A stretch of DNA of 64,000 nucleotides from the human T2T-CHM13v2.0 reference genome, Homo sapiens. The stretch lies in assembly GCF_009914755.1 (NCBI RefSeq), contig NC_060928.1. One strand, 5' to 3'. The position numbers and the translations under genes are program-made. Of the stretch, positions 1 through 17,140 are shown one piece after another (the first letter of the stretch is position 1; each line of letters begins with the position of its first letter). The notes under the pieces were generated by a model that worked only from the letters and a program-made list of their open reading frames with translations, did no database searches and was not told where the DNA came from.

Positions 1-380
1 CCACAGCAAACAAAACTACTCTTATTGTCTGAACACAACAAAAGTCTATTTCTTGCTATGTCAAATCTAACGCAGATGTTCCTTGATGGTTGGAGAACTG
101 CCTATGGTTTTTCAGAGATCCACACTATACATCTTGTAGTTCTGCTATTCTCTAGGGCTGCAGAGATGTATACTTGATCCTTTGCTTTCAGCTGCTAGTC
201 AGGAGAAAGGCAGAAGATCATGTGAGAAAGAATTTTCTGGGCCAGTTCCAGAAATGGTTTACACAGTCCACTAGACAAAAGCGAGTCCAACAGCCACATC
301 TAACTGCAAAGGAAGCTGGGAAATGTAGTCTAATTTTGTGCCCAGGAAGAAAATGAGAACTGGTAAATATAGACTGTCTG
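1..380 (-). mobile_element. Old ERVL-MaLR solo LTR fragment (MLT1I/J/K-like)
   Basis: CTAACTGCAAAGGAAGCTGGGAAATGTAGTCTAATTTTGTGCCCAGGAAGAAAA (~300-355) resembles the MLT1I/J/K consensus; boundaries approximate. Confidence 0.6.
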
Positions 381-501
381 GGGGTAGATTAAAAGAATGC
401 AAATATTAGTACAAATAGATTAAAGACTGCAGAAATATGGCACACGATTTATGCAACTTAATTCCAACATAGATCAGTATTTATAATAGAAAACTTATTT
501 T

Positions 502-559
502 AAAGAATTTTATACTATATAAATAATAAAAAAGAATTTTATACTATATAAATAATAAA
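502..559. repeat. Perfect 29-bp tandem duplication
   Basis: AAAGAATTTTATACTATATAAATAATAAA at 502-530 and 531-559. Confidence 0.95.
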
Positions 560-1048
560 ATTAATGTAATAATGCAACAGTGTGTTCTAACTGTGGTTTT
601 ATTGTAATTTCACCTTTTGATAATAATCATCTTACCTATTTCCTGATTAGCTCTGTCAAGTTATTTTCCTTTTCCCCATTTTCTGTTCGTTTCTCCTTGG
701 TAGGTTATATTCCCTTCTCATCTTCTTAAGGGAAGCTTGCATTTTGTACTATACCATATTGCATGAAATAATTCATTCTGCATAAAACATGTTTGGATAC
801 ACTTTCTAGACTGGGTTAGGTTTTCCAAGGATTTTTATTGGAACTAAACACATTCTACAATCCTGTACCATACTAGAAATAGAAGTTGCATATGCTGCCT
901 CTTGGGAAGTAGAGCAGTTAAGTGGTATCCTGGAGTTCAATAGCTGCAAGAATGAAGTAAATGACCAAGAGATGAAGGAAAATGGGGGGAAAAATCTAGC
1001 CCTTGCTACCAACTTCAACAAGTAGTATTTAGTGGCTGCTCATGTTGT

Positions 1049-1079
1049 CTCAGTGGACAGAGAGCATCTGTCCACTGAG
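1049..1079. repeat. Perfect 13-bp inverted repeat, 5-nt loop
   Basis: CTCAGTGGACAGA-gagca-TCTGTCCACTGAG. Confidence 0.9.
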
Positions 1080-1855
1080 CATCTGAAGGCATGAATCTTT
1101 TACTACCCCAGTAAAGGTCACATATTTTTATGCTCTAGCCTAAGCTGAAAGATCTCATGGTCATGACCTTGACAAATTTCCTAGGCTATTGGTGTCAGGA
1201 TGCACCCTTGATCTGCAATGTTTTATATTGTTCTCTGGGTTTGTTTCCTGAGAAGCAGGTCATGCTGGACCTGCAGTTCAGAGTGACTTAAGTAACCCTG
1301 ACATTGTAATTGGCATTGTCTGCTCGAAAAGCTGTTATTAAAAATAAGTGTTTGAGGAGAAATTGTTGTTCTTATTCTGTTCCATTATCTCATATGGAAC
1401 GTGAAAGTTTATTTCCGTATTTGTCTTCTCTTAGCTAGTTTATATGCCTCTGAAATATTAGATATTTTGTAAAATAAACTTAAATGCTAAGTTACATAGA
1501 AGTATCATTGTATAGAATTGGTTATACCTAAAAGACCAGAAATCACTTGAATTAAAACAGTGAAAGCTACAGAGAACACACCATAAAACTTTGTTCTGCT
1601 TCTCCTTTCTCTGCTTCTACCCCACTGATAGTTCTCAGTGGCATTTTATAGACCCAAAGAAAGAGAAAACAGGTATTTTCTAGTTTCTTTTGTTCTTTTT
1701 ATAAAAAATACTTCAAGTATAAAATGCACAATATATTACTTATACATACATACATATATTTTTATAAAATGAACACATATCTTATTAACATACTAGCCAC
1801 TTCTTTTAAAGTCAATATTTACACTTAGAGTGAAAGTTAATTTAAAAATAAAATC

Positions 1856-2106
1856 TCTTTTTCCCAACTTTTATTTTAAGTTCAGGGGTACATGTGCTGC
1901 GTGTGCCGGTTTCTAACAAAGGTAAAAAATGTGTGTGCCATGGTGGTTTGCTGCACAGATAATCCCATCACCTAGGTATTAAGCCCAGCATCCATTAACT
2001 ATTCTCCCAGATGCTCTCCCTCCTCCCACCCACACCCTCAGACAGGCCACAGTGTGTGTTGTTCCCCCAACCCACGCGTCCATGTGTTCTCTTTATTCAG
2101 CTCCCA
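1856..2106 (-). mobile_element. 5'-truncated L1 3' end (older L1PA, ~L1PA13-15)
   Basis: CAACTTTTATTTTAAGTTCAGGGGTACATGTG...ATCCCATCACCTAGGTATTAAGCCCAGCATCCATTA, typical of the L1PA 3'UTR in antisense. Confidence 0.85.
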
Positions 2107-2355
2107 AAGTCTTATCCTAACTATACTTTGATAGTGTGTGAATGGGCATGTGTGTATATTTTACCATATACACATGAACCTTTAAATATCATCAGTCTCT
2201 GGGTCTGAACTGTGACTGTTTGCCATCAAGGAAGTGGGCATTATCTGAAGGAATTTGTTTTCTGAGTTTCAGAGAGAGAATAGCAAGAGTTCGATTAGCA
2301 ACAGATTTATCAGAAAATACTTCTCATCTGAATCTATTTGGTTTCTGATATACCA

Positions 2356-2406
2356 TATTTGGGATAAATAACTAATTTATCCCAAATTAGTTATTTATCC
2401 CAAATA
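2356..2406. repeat. Perfect 23-bp inverted repeat, 5-nt loop
   Basis: TATTTGGGATAAATAACTAATTT-atccc-AAATTAGTTATTTATCCCAAATA. Confidence 0.95.
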
Positions 2407-2419
2407 CTGTATGCTTCAA

Positions 2420-2951
2420 GTTTTTGTATTATTATTATACTTTAAGTTCTGGGATACATGAGCAGAATGTGCAGGTTCATTACATAGGTATACACGTGCC
2501 ATCATGGTTTGCTGCACCCATCAACCCGTCGTCTACATTAGGTATTTCTTCTAATGCTATCCCTCCCCTACCCCCGCCACCCACCGACAGGCCCCGGTGT
2601 GTGATGTTCCCCTCCCTGTGTCCATGTGTTCTCAATTGTCCAGTTCCCACTTATGAGTGAGAACATGCGCTGTTTGGTTTTCTGTTCCTGTGTTAGTTTC
2701 CTAAGAATGATGGTTTCCAGCTTCATCCATGTCCCTGCAAAGTACATGAACTCATCCTTTTTTATGACTGCATAGTATTCCATGGTGTATATGTGCCACT
2801 TTTTCTTTATCCAGTATATCATTGATGGGCATTTGGGTTGGTTCCAAGTCTTTGCTATTGTGAATAGTGCTGCAATAAACATACGTGTGCATGTGTCTTT
2901 ATAGTAGAATGATTTATAATCCTTTGGGTAAATACCCAGTACTGGGATTGT
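2420..2951 (-). mobile_element. 5'-truncated L1PA (~L1PA7/8): 3'UTR plus ORF2 C-terminus
   Basis: TTATACTTTAAGTTCTGGGATACATG 3' end; ORF 2568-2954(-) encodes the ORF2p C-terminus ([28 protein letters not shown]). Confidence 0.92.
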
Positions 2952-3259
2952 CATCTTCCAGTGTTAAGTGACAGAATCCATATTAATTGACACCAAACAA
3001 TATTTTCCCACATAATACAACATCCATAACTAGCTATTTAACACACTTGGTTTGGCAGTTTGATAATGCCAGAAATTATGAAACTATTTTCAGTAAATTT
3101 TTGGCTTTCTCTTATGGTTGAAACATGACTACACTACTTCCAAGTTCCATATCTTTATACGATAACACCAAAACCACAATGATAAAATAGGAAATGGTCA
3201 TATTTGATTAGATAGAAAAACCTTTCCCAGAAACTTCCTCACAGATTTCAATTAGATCT

Positions 3260-3974
<715 letters not shown>

Positions 3975-4174
3975 AAAAGGTCTTATTGACTAAGATTGGT
4001 TTGTGTTCCCACAATCTTGCCAAAAAGGAAATTGACTTTTTGGCATTTGCAGACTCTGTCACAAGAAGCAGACTATGCCAACCAGGAGAGGGGAAAGAAA
4101 ATGACTATTGAGTGGGCATCCAGCAGTATATATCACCGCATGTGTGATATACATTGTTTTATGTAAATATGCTC

Positions 4175-4560
4175 TATTAGTCAGGGTTAACTAGATTATT
4201 ATCTAGTAACTAATAATCCTGAAGGCTCATGCTTGATGTTCATTTTATTTGGGTTGTTGGTGGGGATCCCGATGAGTATAAACCTCATTCGGGAATTCAG
4301 GCTGAAGCTTCACTGGTTGCCATAACAGGAGGAAAAAGAGATGAATTGTGCTTCAATTCCTGAAGACTTTAATCTACAAGTGATATTGTCATTACTGCTC
4401 ACATTTTATTGTTCAATGCAAGTCACATGGCCACTCCTTGCTTCACGTAAAGTTAGGACATATCATTTTTATCTGATTGACCTATGTCCATCTGAAACTT
4501 CTTTCACTATGGAAGAAGGGGGAGAATGGATATTAGAAGAAAATAAATAATACCTGTCAC
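4175..4560 (-). mobile_element. Old MLT1 (J/K-like) solo LTR
   Basis: TATTAGTCAGGGTTAACTAG start; ACTGCTCACATTTTATTG...GCAAGTCACATGGCCACTCCT motif. Confidence 0.6.
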
Positions 4561-4577
4561 AACTGTTTAACAGGCTT

Positions 4578-4810
4578 GTTGTAGTAGACAGATTAACGGC
4601 CCCCAAAGATGTATACATTCTAGATCTGGGAACATGAAAATATGTTACTTTCCATGGGGAAAGGTACTTTGCAGATATGATTAAATTAAGGATCATGAGA
4701 TGAGAGTTATCCTAAATTATACAGCTGGTCCTGATGCAATCACAAGGGCCTTTATAAGAGAGAATCAGAAGGCCAAAGTTAATGTAGGAACTGTGGTGGC
4801 AGAAGCAAGA
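4578..4810 (+). mobile_element. MLT1D-like LTR, 5' half
   Basis: GGCCCCCAAAGATGT...ATATGTTAC...CTTTGCAGATATGATTAAATTAAGGATC...AATCACAAGGGCCTTTATAAGAG. Confidence 0.75.
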
Positions 4811-5682
4811 TTTTAAGCATCCCGGTGGGTATGAAGTGTTTGTTATCTCATTGTGGTTTTGATTTGCCTTTCCATGATGACCCAATGATGTCAAGCATCA
4901 TTTATGTACTTATTGGCTATTTGTATATCTTCCTGGGACAAATCCCTGTTTATTTATATCACTCGCCCATTTTGAAAATGGGGTTTCTTTTATTATTGAA
5001 TTGTAAGATTTTTTTTTTTTACATATTCTAGATACAAGTTCCTTATGTGGCTTACAAATTTCTTCCCATTCTTTGTGTTATCTTTTCACTTTCATGATAG
5101 TTTCCCCTAAATCGTAAAGGTTTTTAATTATGATGAAGTCTAATTTACCTATTTTTATCTTCTTCATGCTTTAGTGTCATATCTAAGAACATTTTGCCAA
5201 ATCTAAGATACTGAAATGTAGTCCATGGTCTCTTCTAAGAGTTTTATAGGTTCAGCTCTTGCATTTTGGTATTGAATGTATTTCTATTTAATTTTGCATA
5301 TGGTGAGACATAATGTCCAACTTCATTATTCTGCAATATGGTTATCCAGTTGTCCAAGAGTCATTTGTTTAAAAGAATATCATTTCGCATTGAATGTTCT
5401 TCATGCCCCTTTCAAAAATCTGTCGACTCTGAATACATGGGTTTATTTCTGGACTTTCCATTATTTTTTATTTTTTTAATTATACTTTAAGTTCTAGGGT
5501 ACATGTGCACAATGTGCAGGTTTGTTACATATGTATACATGTGCCATGTTGGTGTGCTGCACCCACTAACTCGTCATTTACAGTGGGTATATCTCCTAAT
5601 GCTATCCCTCCCCCCTCCCCCTGCCCCAGGACAGGCCCTGGTGTGTGATGTTTCCCTCCCTGTGTCCAAGTGTTCTTATTGT

Positions 5683-9515
<3,833 letters not shown>

Positions 9516-9578
9516 TATGATGTTAGCTGGTTATTTTGCCTGTTAATTGATGCAGTTTCTTCATAGTATCAATGGTCT

Positions 9579-10599
9579 TTACAATTTGGCATGTTTTTGC
9601 AGTGGCTCATACCGGTTGTTCCTTTCCATGTTTAGTGCTTCCTTCAGGAGCTCTTGTAAGGCAGGCCTGGTGTTGACATAATCTCTCAGCATTTGCTTGT
9701 CTGTAAAGGATTTTATTTCTCCTTCACTTATGAAGCTTAGTTTGGCTGGATATGAAACTCTGGGTTGAAAATTCTTTTCTTTGAGAATGTTGAATGTTGG
9801 CCCTCATTCTCTTCTGGCTTGTAGAGTTTTTGCCTAGAGATCTGCTGCTAGTTTGATGGGCTTCACTTTGTGGGTAATCTAACCTTTTTCTCTGGCTGCC
9901 CTTAACATTTTTTCCTTCATTTCAACCTTGGTGAATCTGACGATTATTTGTCTTGGGGTTGCTCTTCTCGAGGAATATCTTTCTGGTGTTCTGTGTTTTT
10001 CCTGAATATGAATGTTGGCCTGCCTTGCTAGGTTGGGGAAGTTCTCCTGGATAATATCCTGAAGAGTGTTTTCCAACTTGATTTCATTCTCCCCATCACC
10101 TTCAGGTACACCAATCAGACGTAGATTTGGTTTTTTCACATAGTCCCATATTTCTTGGAGGATTTGTTCATTTCTTTTTACTCTTTTTTCTTTAAACTTC
10201 TCTTCTTGTTTTATTTCATTAATTTGATCTTCAGTCACTGATACCCTTTCTTCCACTTGATCAAATCGGCTACTAAAGCTTGTGAATGCATCACGTAGTT
10301 CTTGTGCCATGGTTTTCAGCTCCATCAAGTCATTTAAGGTCTTCTCCAAACTGTTTATTCTAGTTAGCCATTCATCTAATCTTTTTTCAAGATTTTTAGC
10401 TTCCTTGCAAAGGGTTCGAACATCCTTCTTTAGCTCGCAGAAGTTCATTATTACAAACCTTCTGAAGCCTACTTCTGTCGACTTGTCAGTCATTCTCCAA
10501 CCAGTTTTGTTCTCTTGCTGGTGAGCAGCTGCGATCCTTTGGAAAAGAGGCACTCTTATTTTTAGAATTTTCTGCTTTTCTGCTCTAGTTTCTCCCCAT
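9579..10599 (-). pseudogene. L1 ORF1 (RNA-binding protein), disrupted
   Basis: ATG at 10599; ORF 9879-10553 carries the coiled coil and EIWDYVKKPNLRLIGVPE; frameshift near the 5' end and a premature stop at 9879. Confidence 0.93.
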
Positions 10600-11630
10600 C
10601 TTTGTTGTTTTATCTCCCATTGGTCTTTGATGTTGGTGACCTACAGATGGGGTTTTTGTGTGGATGCCTTTTTTGTTGATGTTGATGCTATTCCTTTCTG
10701 TTTGTTAGTTTTCCTTCTAACAGTCAGGTCCCTCAGCTGCAGGTCTGTTGGCATTTGCTATAGTCCACTCCAGACCTGTTTGCCTGGGTATAACCAGCAG
10801 AGGCTGCAGAACAGCAAATATTGCAGAACAGCAAATTTGGCTGCCTGATCCTTCCTCTGGAAGCTTTGTCCCAGAGGGTCACCTGCCTGTGTGAGGTGTC
10901 AGTCAGCCCCCACTGGGAAGTGTCTGCCAGTTAGGCTATACAGGGGTCAGGGACCCACTTGAGGAGGCAGTCTGTCTGTTCTCAGAGCTCAAACACTGTG
11001 CTGGAGGAACCACTGCTCTCTTCAGAGCTGTCAGATAGGGACATTTAAGTCTGCAGAAGTTTCTACTGTCTTTTGTTCAGCTATGCTCTGCCCCCAGAGG
11101 AGGAGTCTATAGAGGCAGGAAGCCTTGCAGCACTACAGTGGGCTCCGACCAGATCGAGCTTCCCAGCCACTTTGTCTACCTACTCAATCCTCAGCAATAG
11201 CGAATACCCCTCCACCTGCCAGGCTGCTGCCTCACAGGTCTATCTCAGACTGTTGTGCTAGCAGGGAGTGAGAATCCTTGGGTGTGGGACCTGCCAAGCC
11301 AGGCATGGGATATAATCTCCTGGTGCACTGTTTGCTAAGACCTTTGGAAAAGTGCAGTATTTAAGCGGGAGTGTCCCATTCTTCAAGGTACAGTCTGTCA
11401 CATCTTCCCTTGGCTAGGAAAGGGAAATCCCCTGACCCCTTGCCCCTCCCGGGTGAGGCAATGTCCCAACCTGCTTCGGCTCACCCTCCATGGGCTGCAC
11501 CCACTATCCAACCAGTCCCAGTGAGATGAACCAGGTACCTCAGTTGGAAATGCAGAAATCACCCAGCTTCTGCATTGATCATGCTGGGAGCTGCAGACTG
11601 GAGCTGTTTCTATTCTGCCATCTTGGAACA
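10600..11630 (-). promoter_or_regulatory. L1 5'UTR internal promoter (CpG-depleted)
   Basis: YY1-like CAAGATGGCA at the 5' end (minus strand, ~11616-11625). Confidence 0.75.
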
Positions 11631-13782
11631 GGACTCTTCTCCATTATTTTTTTATTCACCTATATGTTTATCCTTATACCCTACCACAATGTCTTGGTTA
11701 CTGTTGCTTTGTAGTAAATTTTGAAGTTGAGAAGTGTCAGTGCTCCTACTTTTTTCTTCCTCAAGATTGTTTTGGCTATTCAGGGTTTTTATAATTTCAT
11801 TTAAATTTTAGATTAAGCTTGTCAATTTCTACAGAAAATTTCTGGGATTCCTACAGTAAATTTGTGGAATCTCTAGATCAGTTTGAGGGATATTGTAATC
11901 TTAATAATGTTATTTTTTTCAGTCTATGTATAAGAAACAATTTTCCATTGATTTAGATCTTTTTAAATTTCCTTAAACACTGTTTTGTAGTTTTCAGAGT
12001 ATAAGTTTTGCACTTCCTTTGTTAAATTTATTTTTGATTTTTTTATGCTATTTTAAAGGAAGTTGATTTGGTAATTTTGTTTTTGCATTGTTCATCCCAA
12101 GTGTATAAATATACAATGTATTTTTCTGTATTGATCTTATATCCTCCCACCTTCCTGAATTTGTTATTACTTCTAAGAGTTTTTTAGTGGATTCTTTGTC
12201 CATGTACAAGATCACACCACCTACAAACAGAAATAGTTTTACTTATTTTTATTGTTTTGGCTCTTCTTAATTTCTTTTACTTTCAGACCACCTTGCTTAG
12301 AACCTAGAGTGCACTGCTCAATAGAAGTGCTGATAGTAAAAATTATTGCCTTGTTCCTGATCTTAGGGAGAAAGGATTCAGTCTTTCACCATTAAGTATG
12401 ATGTCAGCTTTACATTTTTGTAGCTACCGTTCATCAAGTGAAAAGTTGCAATCTATTCCTAGTTTATTGACTGTTTTTATCATAAAAGTTTTTTTGATTT
12501 TTCTTCATCTATTAAAATGACCATGTGTTGATTAAATTATTTGACATGATATATTACACCAATTGGTTGCATATATAATTGCTGCATGTAAATTTTAGGG
12601 TTGATATTTCTTTTCTTTTGCTGAAATATAAAAAGTATTATGTCACTTTCTTCTGATATCCGTGGTTTCAGATGAAAAATCTTGTGTCATTATCCCTTCT
12701 TTCCCTCACCCTAAATAAAAATAAAAAAGAAAACAGATAATGCACTAATTCCTACCCATCCCGCAATAACCAAATCAATTGTTTCTTCTTTTTACATCTT
12801 TGTATATTCTTTAAGGACCTTATTTTTATTTCCAAATGATTTTTTAATATGTAGTATTTTTGCTTATCCCTGCTAGTCTCTGAATTTCATGAAGACATTA
12901 ACTCTATATAATGCAATTTTATACCTCAACATCTAGGACAGTGTATTATAAGTAGTAGATATTGGTTACTTACCAAATTAAGTAAAATTATTCTACAGTC
13001 TCTTCTCTCTGAGTGAAACATTAATTTGTTTTTAAGAGGCTTAATTTCATTTTAGGCTCAACATCTGTCCATATAAACACATTTCTTAAATTTCATTGGA
13101 ATAAATAATCAGTTTTGAAATACAAATGTTCTCTCTTCACACTCCTTTAAGGAGCATGAAGTAAATAGCACAACTATATTTCTTTGCTATAAAATGAAGA
13201 ATGCTGTTCTTGAAATTAGTAGCACCGTGAATTGCAATTTTCATTCAGAAATTATGAACAAATCTATTTTATTTTTTTAAAAGACAGTGTTTTCCCCAGA
13301 AAAACACAGATCCATGCTTTACTCTGTTTCATTCAAATATATGGCTGTAAATCAGGCGTCAAGTGGAATGCGTGAAATCTTGGTGTGTAGAAGCACTTTT
13401 GCATAACCAAAAATTGAGATCAATGAAGCTAATCTGAAATCCCATTGACAAATCTGTTGTGCATTTAATAACTTTTTTCACCTAGAGAAGCAAAAATAAA
13501 TCATAGGATTTATTATATGCTACAGAATGATACACATCTAAGTGTTGAATAAAACCTCCAGAGAGCCATCAGTTTATTTAAAGAGAACTTGGAAATGCAA
13601 GAGAGATCCCTCTGTCAAAGGAAGTTCTTAATATATGGTTCCTGCCAGTGTGCTGGGTTTGTTAACAAGCTTCTGTACCAATACACAAGGCTACAAGCTT
13701 TTCTTAGGACACTGCCTACAATGTTTGTTCAAGAACGTCTATTTTGAAGCAGCATACCACACTTTTTAAGCCTTCTTTTCTA

Positions 13783-13821
13783 TACACACACACACACACA
13801 CGCACAAACATAGACACACAC
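13783..13821. repeat. (CA)n microsatellite, imperfect
   Basis: ACACACACACACACACACGCACAAACATAGACACACAC. Confidence 0.9.
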
Positions 13822-14129
13822 AATCCTCTTTGTTTTAAAATTATGTTAACAACAAAAGTTTGTATTACATTCACAGTATGAGCCTCTTTATTCCAAAATT
13901 TTAAGAAATCTGGAACATTAATTATGCAGCATTTCAATACAGGGCATGTAATTCTGGGTGTGTGACAAATTCATTCACTTCATTGACCATCAGAGAGGGT
14001 TTTGAATGAATTTGTGTCAATATTTCTTTCTTTGGGAATTAAAGTTTGTGATTATGAATGTCAACTCCTAATATTTTCTTAAAGTCACTCAAAACCACTT
14101 TATTGAGTACGCATCCTACATTATTAACT

Positions 14130-14285
14130 AGAGCAGTAGATCCTAGACCTGGAAACACATTGGAATTCTATGAGGAACTTTTTGAAAATGAACTCACTTC
14201 GAAACCACTGAATCAAAATCTCAGGGTGAAGGAAAGAATAAAATCAGGATTCTACCAGCCCTGCAAGTTTGGGAACCAGTGCACC
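14130..14285. mobile_element. MER5-like hAT-Charlie MITE
   Basis: CAGTAGATCCTAGACCTGG...ACTGAATCAAAATCTCAGGG...AAGTTTGGGAACCAGTG. Confidence 0.55.
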
Positions 14286-15558
14286 AAGCACTCTGTCAAA
14301 TCTATTAGAGGCTATGAAGTTGTATGAGTTAAAATTCTTCAAGTTAAAGGAAAACCTAATTCAAACTGAATTTCAAGTGAATGGAAACAATGGTTTAAAG
14401 CTGGCTCTTAAACTTGGAAGACATAATAAATGGTTATTTTTTAGCCATTGAATTTTGAGGTGGCTTCTAAGGAGCATCATTTGTGGCAAGAGATAATTGG
14501 TGCAACTATAGTCAGAATCGCTGCATGAAGCTGAGCCCTGCACAATCATAAATGAAGGCTGAACCTGTGGCTGGGGCAACCTGTGGCTGGCGCAATGTCA
14601 TGGGCCAATTGGCTTAAGTCCATTTACTTGAAGTAAATACTGTGTTGATGAGGATAGTAATACTAGAACCAGCCGGGAACTTTCTCTGGAGCTGGGATGC
14701 TGCACAATGGGAGAGGGCAGGATGGGTTTAGGAAAGACTTTGGGTGATTCAAAAGGAGTGAAAAGCATGAAACTATCAATCCAGTTGCAAGGCTATACTA
14801 ACATATATGGAATAAAATCTTACAATAATAGCATAAGAAACTAGATTGTGGTGAAATTGCACAATGTAGACTATAAATATAGTAGAAATTCAAAGATAAA
14901 GGAATAAATGAGAACTGGAGACATCAACACAGGTTTCACTGGGAAGGTAGAGTTATAATTATACTTTGAAAGATGGGCTAGGTGTGATAAAGTAGGAAGA
15001 GAAATTCTTAGTGATCTCTTTAGGACAAAGGCCAAAAGCTCTTTAACACTATGAATGGAAGATTGTTTCTGTATTTGAGGTCAGTGCATGCAGAAAGATT
15101 ATTTAGGGTTACTACAATTTTTTAAATTAATATTCAATGTATTAAAGCTATAAATTCAAAGGCTTAGTTTTTATAAAGCATTTAGATTTAATTTACAAAC
15201 ATGTGATTCTATTTATAAATTCAGTAAATTAAGTATGACTTTTAAGAGAGATATTACAGCTTAGTTAATTAAATTTTGTTAAATATTTTAAACAGCATTT
15301 ATACACTTAATATATTTGATTTTCTTTTATATGCAATTCAACTATCTGAATACCAAACGAATATGCCCCAAGAACTTAACTGATTCCTATAAACCTAATA
15401 AATTAGAGATATAAATACAGTAAATCTTAAATGATCTTACATATTCTAATATTATTTGCAAAACCTTGAAGAATTATTTTAACTTAAAATTATAAGCTTA
15501 AGACAATTATTCAAGTACATATTTTAAACTAGAATCATAAGATTTGTCTGGTAGATCA

Positions 15559-15938
15559 GTGCAATTGTTTGAATATGTTCCCCAAATTCATGTGTTGAAA
15601 ACTAAATTGCAACTGCAACAAAGTAGAGAGGTGGGGTCTTTAAGTGGTGATTAGGTCATGAGGGCAGAACGCTCATGAATGGGTTAATGCCATTATTGAG
15701 GGAGTGGTTAAGTTATCTTGGAAATCAGCTCCTGAAAAATGATGAGTTAGGCCCTCTCTTTCCCTCTCATTCATGTGGTGCCTTCTGCCATATATGACTC
15801 AAGAAGGACCTCACCAAATGTAGCCCCTTGATTTTGGACTTCCCAGCCTCTGGAATCATGAATCAAATAAATTTTTTTTCATGATAAATTACCCAGTCTG
15901 TGTTATTCTGTTTTACCAGCACAACACAGACTAAGACA
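15559..15938 (+). mobile_element. MST (MSTC/D-like) MaLR solo LTR
   Basis: CCCCAAATTCATGTGTTGAAA...GATTAGGTCATGAGGGCAGA...AAATTACCCAGTCTGTG...CAGACTAAGACA. Confidence 0.85.
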
Positions 15939-15954
15939 ATCAACAATCATTAAC

Positions 15955-16115
15955 TAGAGGTAGTATTTCTGCCTCCCTGGGGGTTGGGGGAGCTTTTGAT
16001 GTGTGAGCAGGTACTTTGGTTGTCACAATGCCCAGGGACTACTATAGGCATTTAGAGGGTGGTGATTAAGAATGTTAACAGTCCTGCAATATATGAGAGC
16101 CAAAAGCATGCCCCT
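15955..16115. mobile_element. MER20-like hAT MITE
   Basis: TTTGGTTGTCACAATG...CTACTATAGGCATTTAGAGGGT...GTCCTGCAAT. Confidence 0.6.
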
Positions 16116-16127
16116 TGAGTATATTAG

Positions 16128-16500
16128 ATAATGATGTAGTTTTGATTCTTCCAGAAGCTGACCCTGACATGATTCAAAAGTAAGTAATCTATGTGGGAAT
16201 AAAGGAAACACTGATTGGTAAATGAGAAGCAAGACAGGAAAGGAAAAAGATCAATAAAGTGTGCTTTACCAAGCAAGTTACCACTGAGGGCAATAAGGAC
16301 ATAATGCAACTGAGGAAGCTTTAAGAGTAAATGTAAATTTATGTCAATGTCTGAGTTATCTTGCCATAGTTGTGAGAAAACTAGGGTAGTGATGCACCAA
16401 TTTCCATCAGTAATTGACTGAGGACTGCTTCAGTGGGTAAGTCTCCTGCACTTTAGCCAAAGCAAAGAGGATCCTTGCAGCCAGAGAAATTCTCTAAGGC
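16128..16500 (-). mobile_element. Old ERVL LTR (LTR33-like)
   Basis: CCAGAAGCTGACCCTGACATGATTCAAAAGTAAGTAATCTATGTGGGA...GACAGGAAAGG. Confidence 0.45.
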
Positions 16501-16959
16501 CAGAAAAAAAATAAATGTTTTCTACTTTCAGGGGGTGTTGCAAGCACACGGAACAGACATCAAATAACTTTAATTTGGGGATTTAATCAATTGACTCCTT
16601 AATTCCCCTTGAGTATAGGTATGAAAATCCAAAGGAGGCTGGTAATTTCAGCTTTGAGGCTTCAGAGAATCCGATCAGCAAGAATTTGATCCTCCTTTGC
16701 TTTCTGGAGGTAAACTATGGTTGCTTTGAACTACCGAATCCTAGAAAATTGGACAAAATAAGAATAGAAAGGCAATGTTGGTTTCAGTCTTCAAGAAGTC
16801 ACTTCAACTCATTGGTAGCTGTCTTGTTGTGTTTGCTGGTGGATGGTGAGAGATTTCACACTCCTCATTCTCAAACAGTGCTTTGAAAAGACTCTAAGAT
16901 TTGAGTCCCATGGGAAAGTCTATCAAAGGAAAAATGGAACTGAGTTGAAATTAAAAATG

Positions 16960-17140
16960 TTAAGCAATGTTTCCTAATGACTGTGCCCATGAAAGTATTT
17001 CATGGGGGTACATGAATAGTCTGAAATTATGTGTCAACTTTTGTGCATGTGTATATCTTCCTGGAGAGAGAATCCACAGCTTTCATTAGTTTCTCTAATG
17101 AGATATTGTCATTCATAGGAAAAGAATAAGCATTTATTTA
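16960..17140. mobile_element. MER103-like hAT-Charlie fragment
   Basis: TTCCTGGAGAGAGAATCCACAGCTTTCATTAGTTTCTC. Confidence 0.45.

Noticed and set aside
13150-13760. Repeat-free stretches (also ~21620-22900 and ~39900-40350) as enhancers or exons
   Set aside because: Plausible, but no support from sequence alone without conservation or chromatin data
14562-14593. 16-bp tandem duplication AACCTGTGGCTGG(G/C)GC
   Set aside because: Real but ordinary slippage duplication
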